IMG/VR virus record: IMGVR_UViG_3300031485_000046
DNA: 64,000 nt
Direction: 5' to 3' (one strand)
Source of the DNA: a virus
Both the position numbers and the translations under genes were made by a program. The notes beneath the pieces were generated by a model, which saw only the letters and a list, made by a program, of their open reading frames with translations, was not told the origin of the DNA and ran no database searches. Below, in pieces: positions 10,325 to 18,893 of this stretch (its first letter is position 1; each line of letters starts with the position of its first letter).

Positions 10325-10698
10325 AGCTCTCCTTCGTCATTATCCACCTTGAGGTTTCCGTCTTCTTCAAGAATCCATTTCACGGGATGGTATTGAGGAT
10401 TGATGTCCTTCATCATTACCATCCTTGTATCAGTAATCATGGCAACATATCCGCTTACTAGCTTCTGTCCTTTGGCGTTGCATAGGAAGAGTGTAGTGTT
10501 TCCTGCCGATCCTACGCCTAGTCCGAGGTAAATTGCGTCCTCATTTTCGTTGAATCCAACGAAAATGGGTGTAGGGGAGTGTGTGACTCCCCCCTCCGTG
10601 TCTACTTCTGGCTTCTGCAAACGGGTGACCTGAATATCATCACCCTCTGCCGTAATGCGGTACCGGTTTCCATCTATATTTACTATTTTCTTTGCCAT
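10315..10698 (-). CDS. Hypothetical protein
   Basis: Start at internal ATG (10696-10698) with AGAGGAGG RBS. Confidence 0.6.
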   Translation of the reverse strand: MAKKIVNIDGNRYRITAEGDDIQVTRLQKPEVDTEGGVTHSPTPIFVGFNENEDAIYLGLGVGSAGNTTLFLCNAKGQKLVSGYVAMITDTRMVMMKDINPQYHPVKWILEEDGNLKVDNDEGELWV

Positions 10699-10699
10699 T

Positions 10700-11092
10700 T
10701 TAGTTATCCTCCTCTTCAAAGTTTACCAACTCAGGCAGATACTTCCTGAGTGCGGGCAGACTGTAGAAAAACCTTGACGGTTTTCCTGTACCTGTTCTTG
10801 CCCTGAGGCATCCACCGCCTTCAGGGTAGAGGCTCATGGAGATCATGCGCCCGTTGGTGAAAGTGCCCTTCCAGGTAAGAGTTACCCTTCCAAAAATGTC
10901 TTCCTTAACTTCGATGTCAGGGTTGGGTTCCTCCCCTCTGACCTTTTCAAGTACCTCTACCCCTATTGAAAGGGGCCCGTAGGTGGTGATTTCTTTGCTG
11001 GGAGTGCCCCAGCAGTGGAGCATCCACCTGGCAAACTCGTGATATACCCTTTCTGCCTCCCTCGGGTCTTTTATGGTACGCCTTTCATCCAT
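10700..11092 (-). CDS. Hypothetical protein
   Basis: 130-codon ORF with AAAGGAGG RBS. Confidence 0.65.
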   Translation of the reverse strand: MDERRTIKDPREAERVYHEFARWMLHCWGTPSKEITTYGPLSIGVEVLEKVRGEEPNPDIEVKEDIFGRVTLTWKGTFTNGRMISMSLYPEGGGCLRARTGTGKPSRFFYSLPALRKYLPELVNFEEEDN

Positions 11093-11093
11093 G

Positions 11094-11348
11094 TTAGTTA
11101 TCCTCCTTTGCGGCTTTTCTGAAAACCGCCTTCAGCAGCTCGTGTCCTTCTTTTGAGATGCCTTTAATGTACTCTACCTTACCGCCGGGCTTCCTGGTAT
11201 TTCTAGGGGCATCATGTATAATGAAGAGCCCTGCCCTTCCGTACATTAGCCTAGTTTCTTTGCGCGGATCATCCTCGCTTCTTTTCGAGGCGAGGATGAT
11301 TTCAACTACCTGTTCGAGATGGTTTCTTACTGTCCTCATGGTACACAT
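11094..11348 (-). CDS. Hypothetical protein (first gene of leftward operon; start may be the ATG at 11337-11339)
   Basis: ORF with AAAGGAGG RBS; upstream is a divergent promoter region. Confidence 0.6.
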   Translation of the reverse strand: MCTMRTVRNHLEQVVEIILASKRSEDDPRKETRLMYGRAGLFIIHDAPRNTRKPGGKVEYIKGISKEGHELLKAVFRKAAKEDN

Positions 11349-11486
11349 TCCTCCTTTGGTTTTCTGTACTAAGGATTAGGTTGTCAAGGGTCACGGGTTT
11401 GTGCTCACTTCGCTGTCTGATGCTATTCTCTCATACCATATTTGATATGTCAAATGTCCAGTTTGTCAAACAATAGAGTCTTTTTA

Positions 11487-11515
11487 TTGACAGGATACGG
11501 TTAAGGATATATACT
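11487..11515 (+). promoter_or_regulatory. Sigma-70-type promoter for terminase operon
   Basis: TTGACA (11487-11492), 17-nt spacer, TATACT (11510-11515). Confidence 0.55.
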
Positions 11516-11595
11516 ATTTCAATCTACCTGTAATATTTTCATCTCGAAAAAATGTATATAATAGAAGCCAATTTTGAAAGGAGTGTTTCATACAC

Positions 11596-12162
11596 ATGGC
11601 ATATCGAAAATCAGGGAGACCTTTAGCAGTAGCAGAACCGTGGAATGAATCAATCCCAGAAAGGGCGTATGATCTTTGCCTTCTAGGATTGCGTGATGCC
11701 GATTTAGCCACGGCATTCGGAGTTTCTATATATACCATTGATAAATGGAAACAGACTCATCCAGAGTTTAGAGAAGCACTATCCAGAGGTAAAGAACAAG
11801 CTGACGCTAAAGTGGCAGACGCACTTTACCATAAGGCAGTAGGCTATGCCCATAAAGCTGTGGACATCAGAATAGTTGACGGCGAGGTAGTGAAAATACC
11901 ATACACTAAAATCTATCCACCAGATACTACTGCCTGCATATTCTGGTTGAAGAATAGGCAAAGACAGTACTGGACGGATACCAAGCAAAATGTTCATACT
12001 GGTACAGTGGGTGTGGAACATACTATGAGACGTCAACTTGACCTTTCTGATTTCTCCAAAGAAGAACTTGCCCTAGCAGAAAAACTAGCCTCTAGGATGC
12101 TTCAGGAGGGTACTCAGGATGCAGAGTTTACAGAAGAGGGGGAGAATGACGGGGATGAGTAA
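11596..12162 (+). CDS. terS: Terminase small subunit
   Basis: Immediately upstream of and overlapping terL; RBS AAAGGAG; family assignment is recalled resemblance to HTH-type small terminases. Confidence 0.7.
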   Translation: MAYRKSGRPLAVAEPWNESIPERAYDLCLLGLRDADLATAFGVSIYTIDKWKQTHPEFREALSRGKEQADAKVADALYHKAVGYAHKAVDIRIVDGEVVKIPYTKIYPPDTTACIFWLKNRQRQYWTDTKQNVHTGTVGVEHTMRRQLDLSDFSKEELALAEKLASRMLQEGTQDAEFTEEGENDGDE

Positions 12163-13714
12163 ATATGAACGTAAGGACGCCTTAAAACGCCAAAGAGAAA
12201 ACATCATCCCAAAATCAGATAGGTTCCAAGCATTACTTTTGAACCCATTGCAGATAAAAGCAGAAAAATGCCGTAGGTCCCTATTTGAATTTATGAAAGA
12301 ATTCTGGCCAGAAGTATCCACAAGTGACCCTACATGGAATTGGCATCTAGAATACCTAGCTAACGAACTGGAAAGGATGATGTATAGAGTAGCAAACAGA
12401 CAACCAAAAGAATACGACCTCATAATAAACATAAGCCCCGGTACCACAAAGTCTACCCTATGTTCCATAATGCTGAATGCATGGGTGTGGGCTAAATGGC
12501 CTTGGCTCCGATTCATCAACGCATCCTATTCTGGAGCCCTATCTCTGGAACATTCAGAATTGTGTCGTGACCTTATACGGTCAGAACGATACAAAAGGTT
12601 ATTCCCGTATTTGGAAATAAAGCAAGACAAGGATACCAAAACTAACTTTAAAATTTTATATGATGAAGAGCGTCTGGATTCCATAACAGGCGAAGCATCT
12701 ACACTAAAAAAGAGTGGTGGTAACAGATACTCCACCTCCGTAGGCGGCACCTTGACTGGATTCCATGCTGATGTACTGTTAGTAGACGATCCATTGGATC
12801 CGCAAAGAGCTGTATCCGACGTGGAAGTCCTTAAAGCCAACACATGGATAGATCAGACACTATCTACCAGAAAGGTAGATAAAGCGGTAACACCAACCAT
12901 AATCATAATGCAAAGGCTCCATCAGAATGACCCTACGGGTTATCTGCTATCCAAGAAGAATAAAAAGATAAAGCATATCTGCCTACCAGGTGAAATACGG
13001 AATTACAGGAAAAATTTGAAACCTAAAGCCCTAGCCAAGTATTATAAGGATGATCTGTTCGACCCTATAAGAATGCCATGGAAAGTCCTTGACGACCTAA
13101 GAGTAGACCTTGGTGAATTCGGGTATGCTTCCCAGATCGGCCAATCCGCAGTATCAGACAAGGGCAACTTATTCAAGGTAGAACACTTTCAAATCATCCA
13201 TAGTATGGTACCAGACCCAGACATAGTAAGATCCATACGATACTGGGACAAAGCCGGTACAGCTGGAGCTGGAGCATACACGGTGGGGGTACGAATGCTT
13301 GCATTGAATAATGGAAAATTCCTTATCACGGATGTTAAAAGAGGGCGGTGGTCCACAGAACAACGGGAAGCCATCATCAGACAGACTGCAGAAGCCGACG
13401 GTACAGACACAATAATCTGGCATGAACAAGAACCAGGTTCAGGCGGAAAAGAATCCGCAGAAGGCACTATAAGAAACCTAGCTGGATACACCACGTATGC
13501 AGATAGGGTAACTAGAAACAAGGAAATGAGAGCGGATCCATATTCAGTCCAAGTAAATAATGGTAACGTACTGTTACTATATGCTCCGTGGAACCAAGAC
13601 TTCATAGAAGAGCACAGATACTTCCCAAATTCAACATATAAGGATCAGGTAGACGCAGCCTCAGGAGCGTTCTCTAAGGCAGTACGGAAAAAGATAGCCG
13701 GTGCGATAGGATAA
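12155..13714 (+). CDS. terL: Terminase large subunit (ATPase plus RNase H-like nuclease)
   Basis: N-terminal ATPase region; C-terminal nuclease-domain pattern (IRYWDKAGTAGAGAY...DQVDAASGAF); start at ATG 12155 with RBS, overlapping terS stop. Confidence 0.9.
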   Translation: MSKYERKDALKRQRENIIPKSDRFQALLLNPLQIKAEKCRRSLFEFMKEFWPEVSTSDPTWNWHLEYLANELERMMYRVANRQPKEYDLIINISPGTTKSTLCSIMLNAWVWAKWPWLRFINASYSGALSLEHSELCRDLIRSERYKRLFPYLEIKQDKDTKTNFKILYDEERLDSITGEASTLKKSGGNRYSTSVGGTLTGFHADVLLVDDPLDPQRAVSDVEVLKANTWIDQTLSTRKVDKAVTPTIIIMQRLHQNDPTGYLLSKKNKKIKHICLPGEIRNYRKNLKPKALAKYYKDDLFDPIRMPWKVLDDLRVDLGEFGYASQIGQSAVSDKGNLFKVEHFQIIHSMVPDPDIVRSIRYWDKAGTAGAGAYTVGVRMLALNNGKFLITDVKRGRWSTEQREAIIRQTAEADGTDTIIWHEQEPGSGGKESAEGTIRNLAGYTTYADRVTRNKEMRADPYSVQVNNGNVLLLYAPWNQDFIEEHRYFPNSTYKDQVDAASGAFSKAVRKKIAGAIG

Positions 13715-13772
13715 ACATATAAAGGTAACCAAACAGATAACCCGTTTAGCCGTAGGCTATAGGGATAAATAA

Positions 13773-13817
13773 TGATACAGATAGATATGGATTCACCTAT
13801 CTGTATCATTTTTTTAT
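13773..13817 (+). terminator. Rho-independent terminator after terL
   Basis: Perfect 12-bp stem TGATACAGATAG/CTATCTGTATCA, 12-nt loop, T-run 13809-13817. Confidence 0.6.
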
Positions 13818-14325
13818 GGTAAAATACTCATACCGTAAGGTAAGCTATGATATAGTAAAAATTGGGTAGTTTGGTAGTTATAGAGGTAGTCAGATAGAAT
13901 AGGAAAAAAACTATCCATAAAAATAACATAGATAGGTAGACTAATATGGTATAATCTATAGAAACCTATATATCAATACAATCCATACTTTTACTATCCA
14001 AATAAGCTAATAATCCAATATAATCCAGATAATCCTAAACAGGTACATATAGTCAATTATAATAAGATACAGAAGAGGCAATCCCAAATCATACTAAGAT
14101 GGTATACCAATATATCTGATACACCATATAACCTATCTCATGTAACCATACGAATATGCATATGGATAAACAGTAAGAACGACATAATACAAATATACAC
14201 CAATTCAATCAAGCTAATAGGAACATACGCAATAAGCTAATATCCGATAAGCCTAAACAGGTACATAGTCAATATCAATATCTAGTCAATAGTAAACTAA
14301 CATGCGAGCCTCCCTAAGGTAGGTC

Positions 14326-14370
14326 CCATAAATTGGTACCATAAATTGGTACCATATCCTGGTTTACCAG
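14326..14370. repeat. Tandem repeat ATAAATTGGTACC (about 2.5 copies)
   Basis: Direct read of sequence. Confidence 0.6.
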
Positions 14371-14688
14371 CATGTGGTAACCTTACCTCCATCCTTACCA
14401 TCACCTATACCACCATTCATCTGGATCTAATCTGCCTATACCCATATTTAATCTATGGTATTTAATAAATGGACACCATATTTCATAAATGGATAGCCAA
14501 AACCATACAAGCCATATCCTATTCCGTATTCCAATCCAATATATAGATACCTATACCTCCACTTCACCATGTACTGGGAAACCCAGTAATTGGTATAAAA
14601 AAATGGGACCTAAGTGTGGTAACCTAGATTTATCTATGTATGATCGTTTATATAGTGAAACCGAGATTTATACCTATTATTTTGTCCT

Positions 14689-15080
14689 CCACTATACCAA
14701 TACGGTGGTATGCTGGATTGTAATCAGGAAATTCAAATACGGAGTAGACCTCGATGTTTTACTATGTATATATAGAACGTATCTTTATAACAGTACCTAC
14801 CAACTATCCACTACGGTGGTGTGTTGGATTGTACTTATAAATATGTGGAAAATAGAAAATGGGAGGTATTTCGATGTTTTACTATGTAGAACCGACGGTC
14901 TGTTTTTGTCAGGAATCTTCCAACTATCCACTACGGTGGTATATTGGGAGATACTTACCGAAACGTGTATGATATGAAATGGGAGGTATTTCGATGTTTT
15001 ACTATGCATATATAGAGATATTGATTGGTTCCCATTTACCCTATATCTTACCCAGTATCCACTACGGTGGTATGTTGGGT
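14689..15080. repeat. Four direct repeats, period about 120-130 bp, with conserved cores CCACTACGGTGGT and GGGAGGTATTTCGATGTTTTACTATG
   Basis: Core copies at about 14689, 14801, 14921, 15051; second core at 14751, 14871, 14991. Confidence 0.7.
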
Positions 15081-15168
15081 AGTATTAATCCGTAGTATGG
15101 GTAGGTACTGTCTAGATTGTTTATCTATATATAGAGAATGAATAAGGTGTGTCCATTCCCAAAATACC

Positions 15169-15697
15169 TCAGGCCCTCCATTATCTAGAATTTTCCCCAA
15201 TTATAAAAATTTGTCAACCTCTGGCAGCTAAATGGAGTATAAGTATCCTACGGATACATGTATAAAAATGAAATCTTGGACACGTATCCAACGGATTATT
15301 TTATAAAAATGGGATTGGATTATTTTTATTTATACAGGTTCAATTTGAGAAAATGCACCTGTTTGAGTTTTCGATGGGTAATTGGTATAACAATAGTTGG
15401 ATTATATAAAAACGGTATGGGATAATACCAGACCCGTTTTGAAGGCATAAATTGCATAAATCAGTTCCGTTTATTTTTTTATTTCCTATGGATGGTACCG
15501 AATATTTCGAGGAGAAAAGGAATCCATAAAAATCATACGAGGTTTTTCATGCTACCTAATCCAAAATACGTGGCGAATTTTCGGCTCCGTAATCGTTTTT
15601 CTAGAGGTGAGCGGTGAATTCATACCGGTAGAAAATGAGCGCCTTCTAGCGCACCGCTGGCGGAGAAACTCATTGGCGGAGAAACTGGCGGAGAAAA
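15169..15697. repeat. Non-coding element B: TCAGGCCCTCCATT box (15169-15182) and three GGCGGAGAAA(C/A) repeats (15659-15669, 15675-15685, 15687-15697)
   Basis: Homologous end motifs and spacing to element A (2881-3398). Confidence 0.6.
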
Positions 15698-15748
15698 TGG
15701 ATGGATTTTTCTGTTTTTCTGTTTTTCTGATTGTTGTACATCGTTTCT

Positions 15749-15797
15749 ACATTCTACATTCTACATTCTACATTCTACATTCTACATTCTGCATTTC
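15749..15797. repeat. Heptanucleotide tandem repeat ATTCTAC, about 7 copies
   Basis: Direct read of sequence. Confidence 0.75.
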
Positions 15798-16019
15798 AGA
15801 AGAATGCATGTGGTACTTTATAAGATGCATGTATGCAATGTCATATGCATCCTTAATTGTCTCCTGATTACTATACAATTATACACTATTCCTATTCCTG
15901 TTTCAATCGTAACAGATATTTTACTATTATATAATAATCTATAGTATTGTGTCATATTGTAGAATATTCTTATATTCATGAATATCAGACAAGCATAATG
16001 CAGAATGCATATTATACAA

Positions 16020-16213
16020 TGCATTATTCAGCTATATTTTTCACAAGCATTTTTTAGTAGTACAATGCATAATGCAGAATGCATCATGCATTATTCAATG
16101 AAACATTTCACAAGTGTTCATACAGTGCATACAATACATTCTGCATCATGCATCATGCATTATTCAGCTATATTTTTCACAAGCATTTTTTAGTAGTACA
16201 ATACATTCTGCAA
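16020..16213. repeat. Two copies of a 50-bp direct repeat (16021-16070, 16157-16206) plus three copies of TTCAATGAAAYATTTCACAAG
   Basis: Direct read of sequence; repeats about 136 bp apart. Confidence 0.6.
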
Positions 16214-16439
16214 TATGCATTGTATAGCATGTATTATTCAATGAAACATTTCACAAGTGTTACTGTATCCGAAGAGTATACAATGCATTTTTCAATGAAA
16301 TATTTCACAAGCGATACTGTGATCGAATTGTATCTGAATGACTATACAATTCACTATTATTTTATAAAACTCTATAGTATTGCAGAATACAGTAGAATTC
16401 AGTAGAATTATATTAAGTGTATAGTCTTTTCATGCATAG

Positions 16440-16467
16440 TTGACATTCTATCGTAGAGTGCTATACT
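16440..16467 (+). promoter_or_regulatory. Sigma-70-type promoter for three-gene cassette
   Basis: TTGACA (16440-16445), 16-nt spacer, TATACT (16462-16467). Confidence 0.5.
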
Positions 16468-16584
16468 GTACTCGTAGCAAGCGAGCGAGCAAGTTCTTTG
16501 ACAACTGAAGAAGCAAGCTCATAACAGAGTAACACTTCTTCAGAACATACGCGCACAACGTTGCGCAGAAAGAGAGTGTGTAGC

Positions 16585-16923
16585 ATGACAACGAGCAGCA
16601 AGAAGAACGTAAACAGTAAGAAAGCTGAAATAGTCGAACAGAAAGCAGTTGAAGTAAAGAAAGAAGAAGTAAGAGAAGCAAAGAAGATTAGCAATACTCA
16701 GAAGTGTGCTGATATGATCATGCAACTTGCGAAAGACGCTAAGTATACTCGCAGTGAAATTTGTAATGCTGTTTCAGATGCACTAACAGCATTAAGCATA
16801 GTCACAGTAAAGACTATGCTTTCAGACTTGCAGAACAGCAAGTATGCAAGACGTTATAGCACTCATACTATCGCAGTAAACAAAGAAACAAAGATTGTAA
16901 CAGTAGCAAGTGAGATAAAATGA
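16585..16923 (+). CDS. Hypothetical lysine-rich protein (cassette gene 1)
   Basis: ATG at 16585 downstream of promoter; 5' leader contains 9-bp inverted repeat CTGAAGAAG/CTTCTTCAG (16503-16545). Confidence 0.55.
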   Translation: MTTSSKKNVNSKKAEIVEQKAVEVKKEEVREAKKISNTQKCADMIMQLAKDAKYTRSEICNAVSDALTALSIVTVKTMLSDLQNSKYARRYSTHTIAVNKETKIVTVASEIK

Positions 16924-17132
16924 AGTATCAGCATGTTGAACGTTCGCAAGCTCTCGCAGTAAGTGACGTTGAAACTTTGCAGAATATTGCAAAAAGACGT
17001 CTGATCGATTTGAAACAGCTTGCAAGAGAAGCAGACTCTTTACTTGTCTTTTCAGTAATAAGAAATACATGTATTCAAATCGATCGAAGCATCGATGATG
17101 CACTTGAAAACGCAAGAAAATTACTGAAGTAG
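16920..17132 (+). CDS. Hypothetical protein (cassette gene 2)
   Basis: ATGA overlap with upstream stop. Confidence 0.5.
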   Translation: MKYQHVERSQALAVSDVETLQNIAKRRLIDLKQLAREADSLLVFSVIRNTCIQIDRSIDDALENARKLLK

Positions 17133-17141
17133 TACAAAAAA

Positions 17142-17185
17142 AGATAGTCAAGTATCTACAATTCGATACTTGACTATCTTTTTAT
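17142..17185 (+). terminator. Rho-independent terminator
   Basis: Perfect 15-bp stem AGATAGTCAAGTATC/GATACTTGACTATCT, 8-nt loop, T-rich tail. Confidence 0.6.
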
Positions 17186-17208
17186 CTCATTTGAAAGAGA
17201 GTGATACT

Positions 17209-17532
17209 ATGTTAGATAATCAGTATGAATTACATCAAAAGATACAAAAAATAGAACACAAGCATATCAGATTACATGCAAGCAATTGTATGTACAAATT
17301 GATGAATATTCAATTGTTACTTGAAGAACAGATTAATCTACTCATTTCTGATATTGTAGCAAATGATGCTTCTGTTAGTGAAATATTGCTAACAGAACGT
17401 CAAAGTACATTTGATAATGAACTTTTTGCGATAACGACAAAAGAAGATAGAAAAGCAATAGCAATACTGCATAATACTATAATCGATAGTATGAATGCAG
17501 TAAGAAAGACAATCATCTATACAGACGAATAA
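17209..17532 (+). CDS. Hypothetical protein (cassette gene 3)
   Basis: ATG at 17209 (MLDNQYELHQ) after weak RBS; ORF track start at 17170 lies inside the terminator. Confidence 0.5.
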   Translation: MLDNQYELHQKIQKIEHKHIRLHASNCMYKLMNIQLLLEEQINLLISDIVANDASVSEILLTERQSTFDNELFAITTKEDRKAIAILHNTIIDSMNAVRKTIIYTDE

Positions 17533-17574
17533 AATTACACAATAGAGCATAATTGATAGCAATTGAATAGAAAA

Positions 17575-17612
17575 GAGTAGTCAATACTAGACTACTCTTT
17601 TCTTTTTTATTC
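17575..17612 (+). terminator. Rho-independent terminator
   Basis: Stem AGAGTAGTC/GACTACTCT, 7-nt loop, T-run. Confidence 0.6.
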
Positions 17613-17750
17613 ATGCATACAATGCATGATGCATCCTGCACTATGCATAGTATAAGCGTTCATAGTAGCATTTGATAACATAACACTACACTATTTATTA
17701 CAATTAGACAATATACTACAATATGATAGTGTAGTGTGTATTGTCTATTC

Positions 17751-17794
17751 TATACACTACAATATAGACAAGTATACACTACAATATAGACAAG
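17751..17794. repeat. Tandem 22-bp direct repeat TATACACTACAATATAGACAAG (2 copies), flanked by inverted repeat ACACTACACTAT/ATAGTGTAGTGT
   Basis: Direct read of sequence. Confidence 0.6.
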
Positions 17795-17998
17795 TATAGA
17801 ATAGAGTATAATAATCTATAGTATGCTACACTATATAGCAATATAATATAATAATATATAATTGTATAGTAAAGCAGATACAATTCAATACAATGACTGC
17901 GCTAGTATACAATGCATGATGCATGATGCATCGTACACAATGCATAATGTAAAATCGATTTTACACGTTGCAGAATGCATGCTGGCTCCTGGCCCCCT

Positions 17999-18152
17999 CT
18001 AAAATTGTGACAAATTTTTCTGGATATTAAAATGGGTAATCCATTATTTTCTAAAGCATATTCATTATTTATTCTACGTATCTTTCACACACCCCTCGTA
18101 AAATTGCTACTGATTTTTCCCAATACTAAAGTGGGTAATCCATTATTTTCGA
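17999..18152. repeat. Two copies of about 55-bp element ending in TGGGTAATCCATTATTTTC (promoter-like)
   Basis: Copies at about 17999-18052 and 18094-18150; degenerate third at about 18340-18375. Confidence 0.55.
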
Positions 18153-18414
18153 TATATCTATTCTGTATGACTGTATAGATAGTATAAGATGCAGTATCCA
18201 ATTTTAACTAATGGATTAATATACCCAATTTACTCATACTATACGTATCTTCATGGATCCGTTTTCTTTCGTCTTTATTTTTACCATACCCCGTCATTCT
18301 GTATGAATTTATCCAAAAATAACCGCATAAATATTTTGTAAAAATTTATATGGGAGTTAAAATGGGTTGATTAGATCAGTAGAGAGGTTAGATCACACTA
18401 GGGAGTTAGATACG

Positions 18415-18452
18415 ATGCATCCTAGCCCGGATCCTGATAGGCTAGGATGCAT
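18415..18452. other. Perfect 13-bp inverted repeat (stem-loop) ATGCATCCTAGCC / GGCTAGGATGCAT with 12-nt loop
   Basis: Direct read of sequence; no T-run follows. Confidence 0.5.
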
Positions 18453-18674
18453 ATAGAAACTATGTTTGTCGTAATATATCTTGAAAACGCATCAGATTCG
18501 TTTCATACTGTGCGATTTCCTTGCTTATGGAAGCTGTTCGTTCTGTTTCAGACGTTGTTTCTATCGTCTAGAGTGAAAAAGATCGAATACCGTGCAAGGA
18601 TTTAACGTGTCATGCCATCCCATTCGGTTGTTCCCTCCGTCCTTGCGACTTTCCTATAAGGGATGGAAACCGGG

Positions 18675-18893
18675 TCATTTCGCCCGCTCCTCCCAGAACC
18701 GTCTGCGTCGCTCCTCCCTGTGACGCTTGATATTCTCCCGCACCCTCTGCGTGCGGGGCGGGAACGTGTTCAGATGGGTCAGCACCGGCTCCACGCTGAC
18801 AGCTCTGCCGAATTCCCTCTCCCATTCCTGGGCGTAGATTTCCTCGTAGGATAACATTTCGCGAAATCTGAGCCCCGTGCATCGTCCGCTCAT
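18675..18893 (-). CDS. Small basic, arginine-rich protein encoded in a GC-rich patch
   Basis: ATG overlaps stop of KdsB-like gene (ATGA); local composition visibly GC-richer than surroundings. Confidence 0.4.
   Translation of the reverse strand: MSGRCTGLRFREMLSYEEIYAQEWEREFGRAVSVEPVLTHLNTFPPRTQRVRENIKRHREERRRRFWEERAK

Noticed and set aside
14489-14977. 162-aa plus-strand ORF spanning the 120-bp repeat array
   Set aside because: Reading frame is created by the direct repeats (recurring STTVVCWIV segments), AT-rich, no RBS; treated as non-coding repeat DNA.
14689-15797. CRISPR array
   Set aside because: Repeat periods are about 120 bp or 7 bp, not 25-40-bp repeats with unique spacers, and no cas genes are present.
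15607-15867. 86-aa ORF over the GGCGGAGAAAC repeats and the heptamer array
   Set aside because: Peptide repeats (FYILHSTFYILHSTF) mirror the DNA tandem repeat; no RBS; rejected as a gene.
16079-16405. 108-aa ORF inside the 50-bp repeat region
   Set aside because: Repeat-derived and strongly biased composition; no translation signals.
13715-18675. tRNA or other structured RNA genes in the non-coding region
   Set aside because: I could not find cloverleaf-compatible segments or a GGTTCGAATCC-type T-arm by eye; absence is not proven and needs tRNAscan/Infernal.
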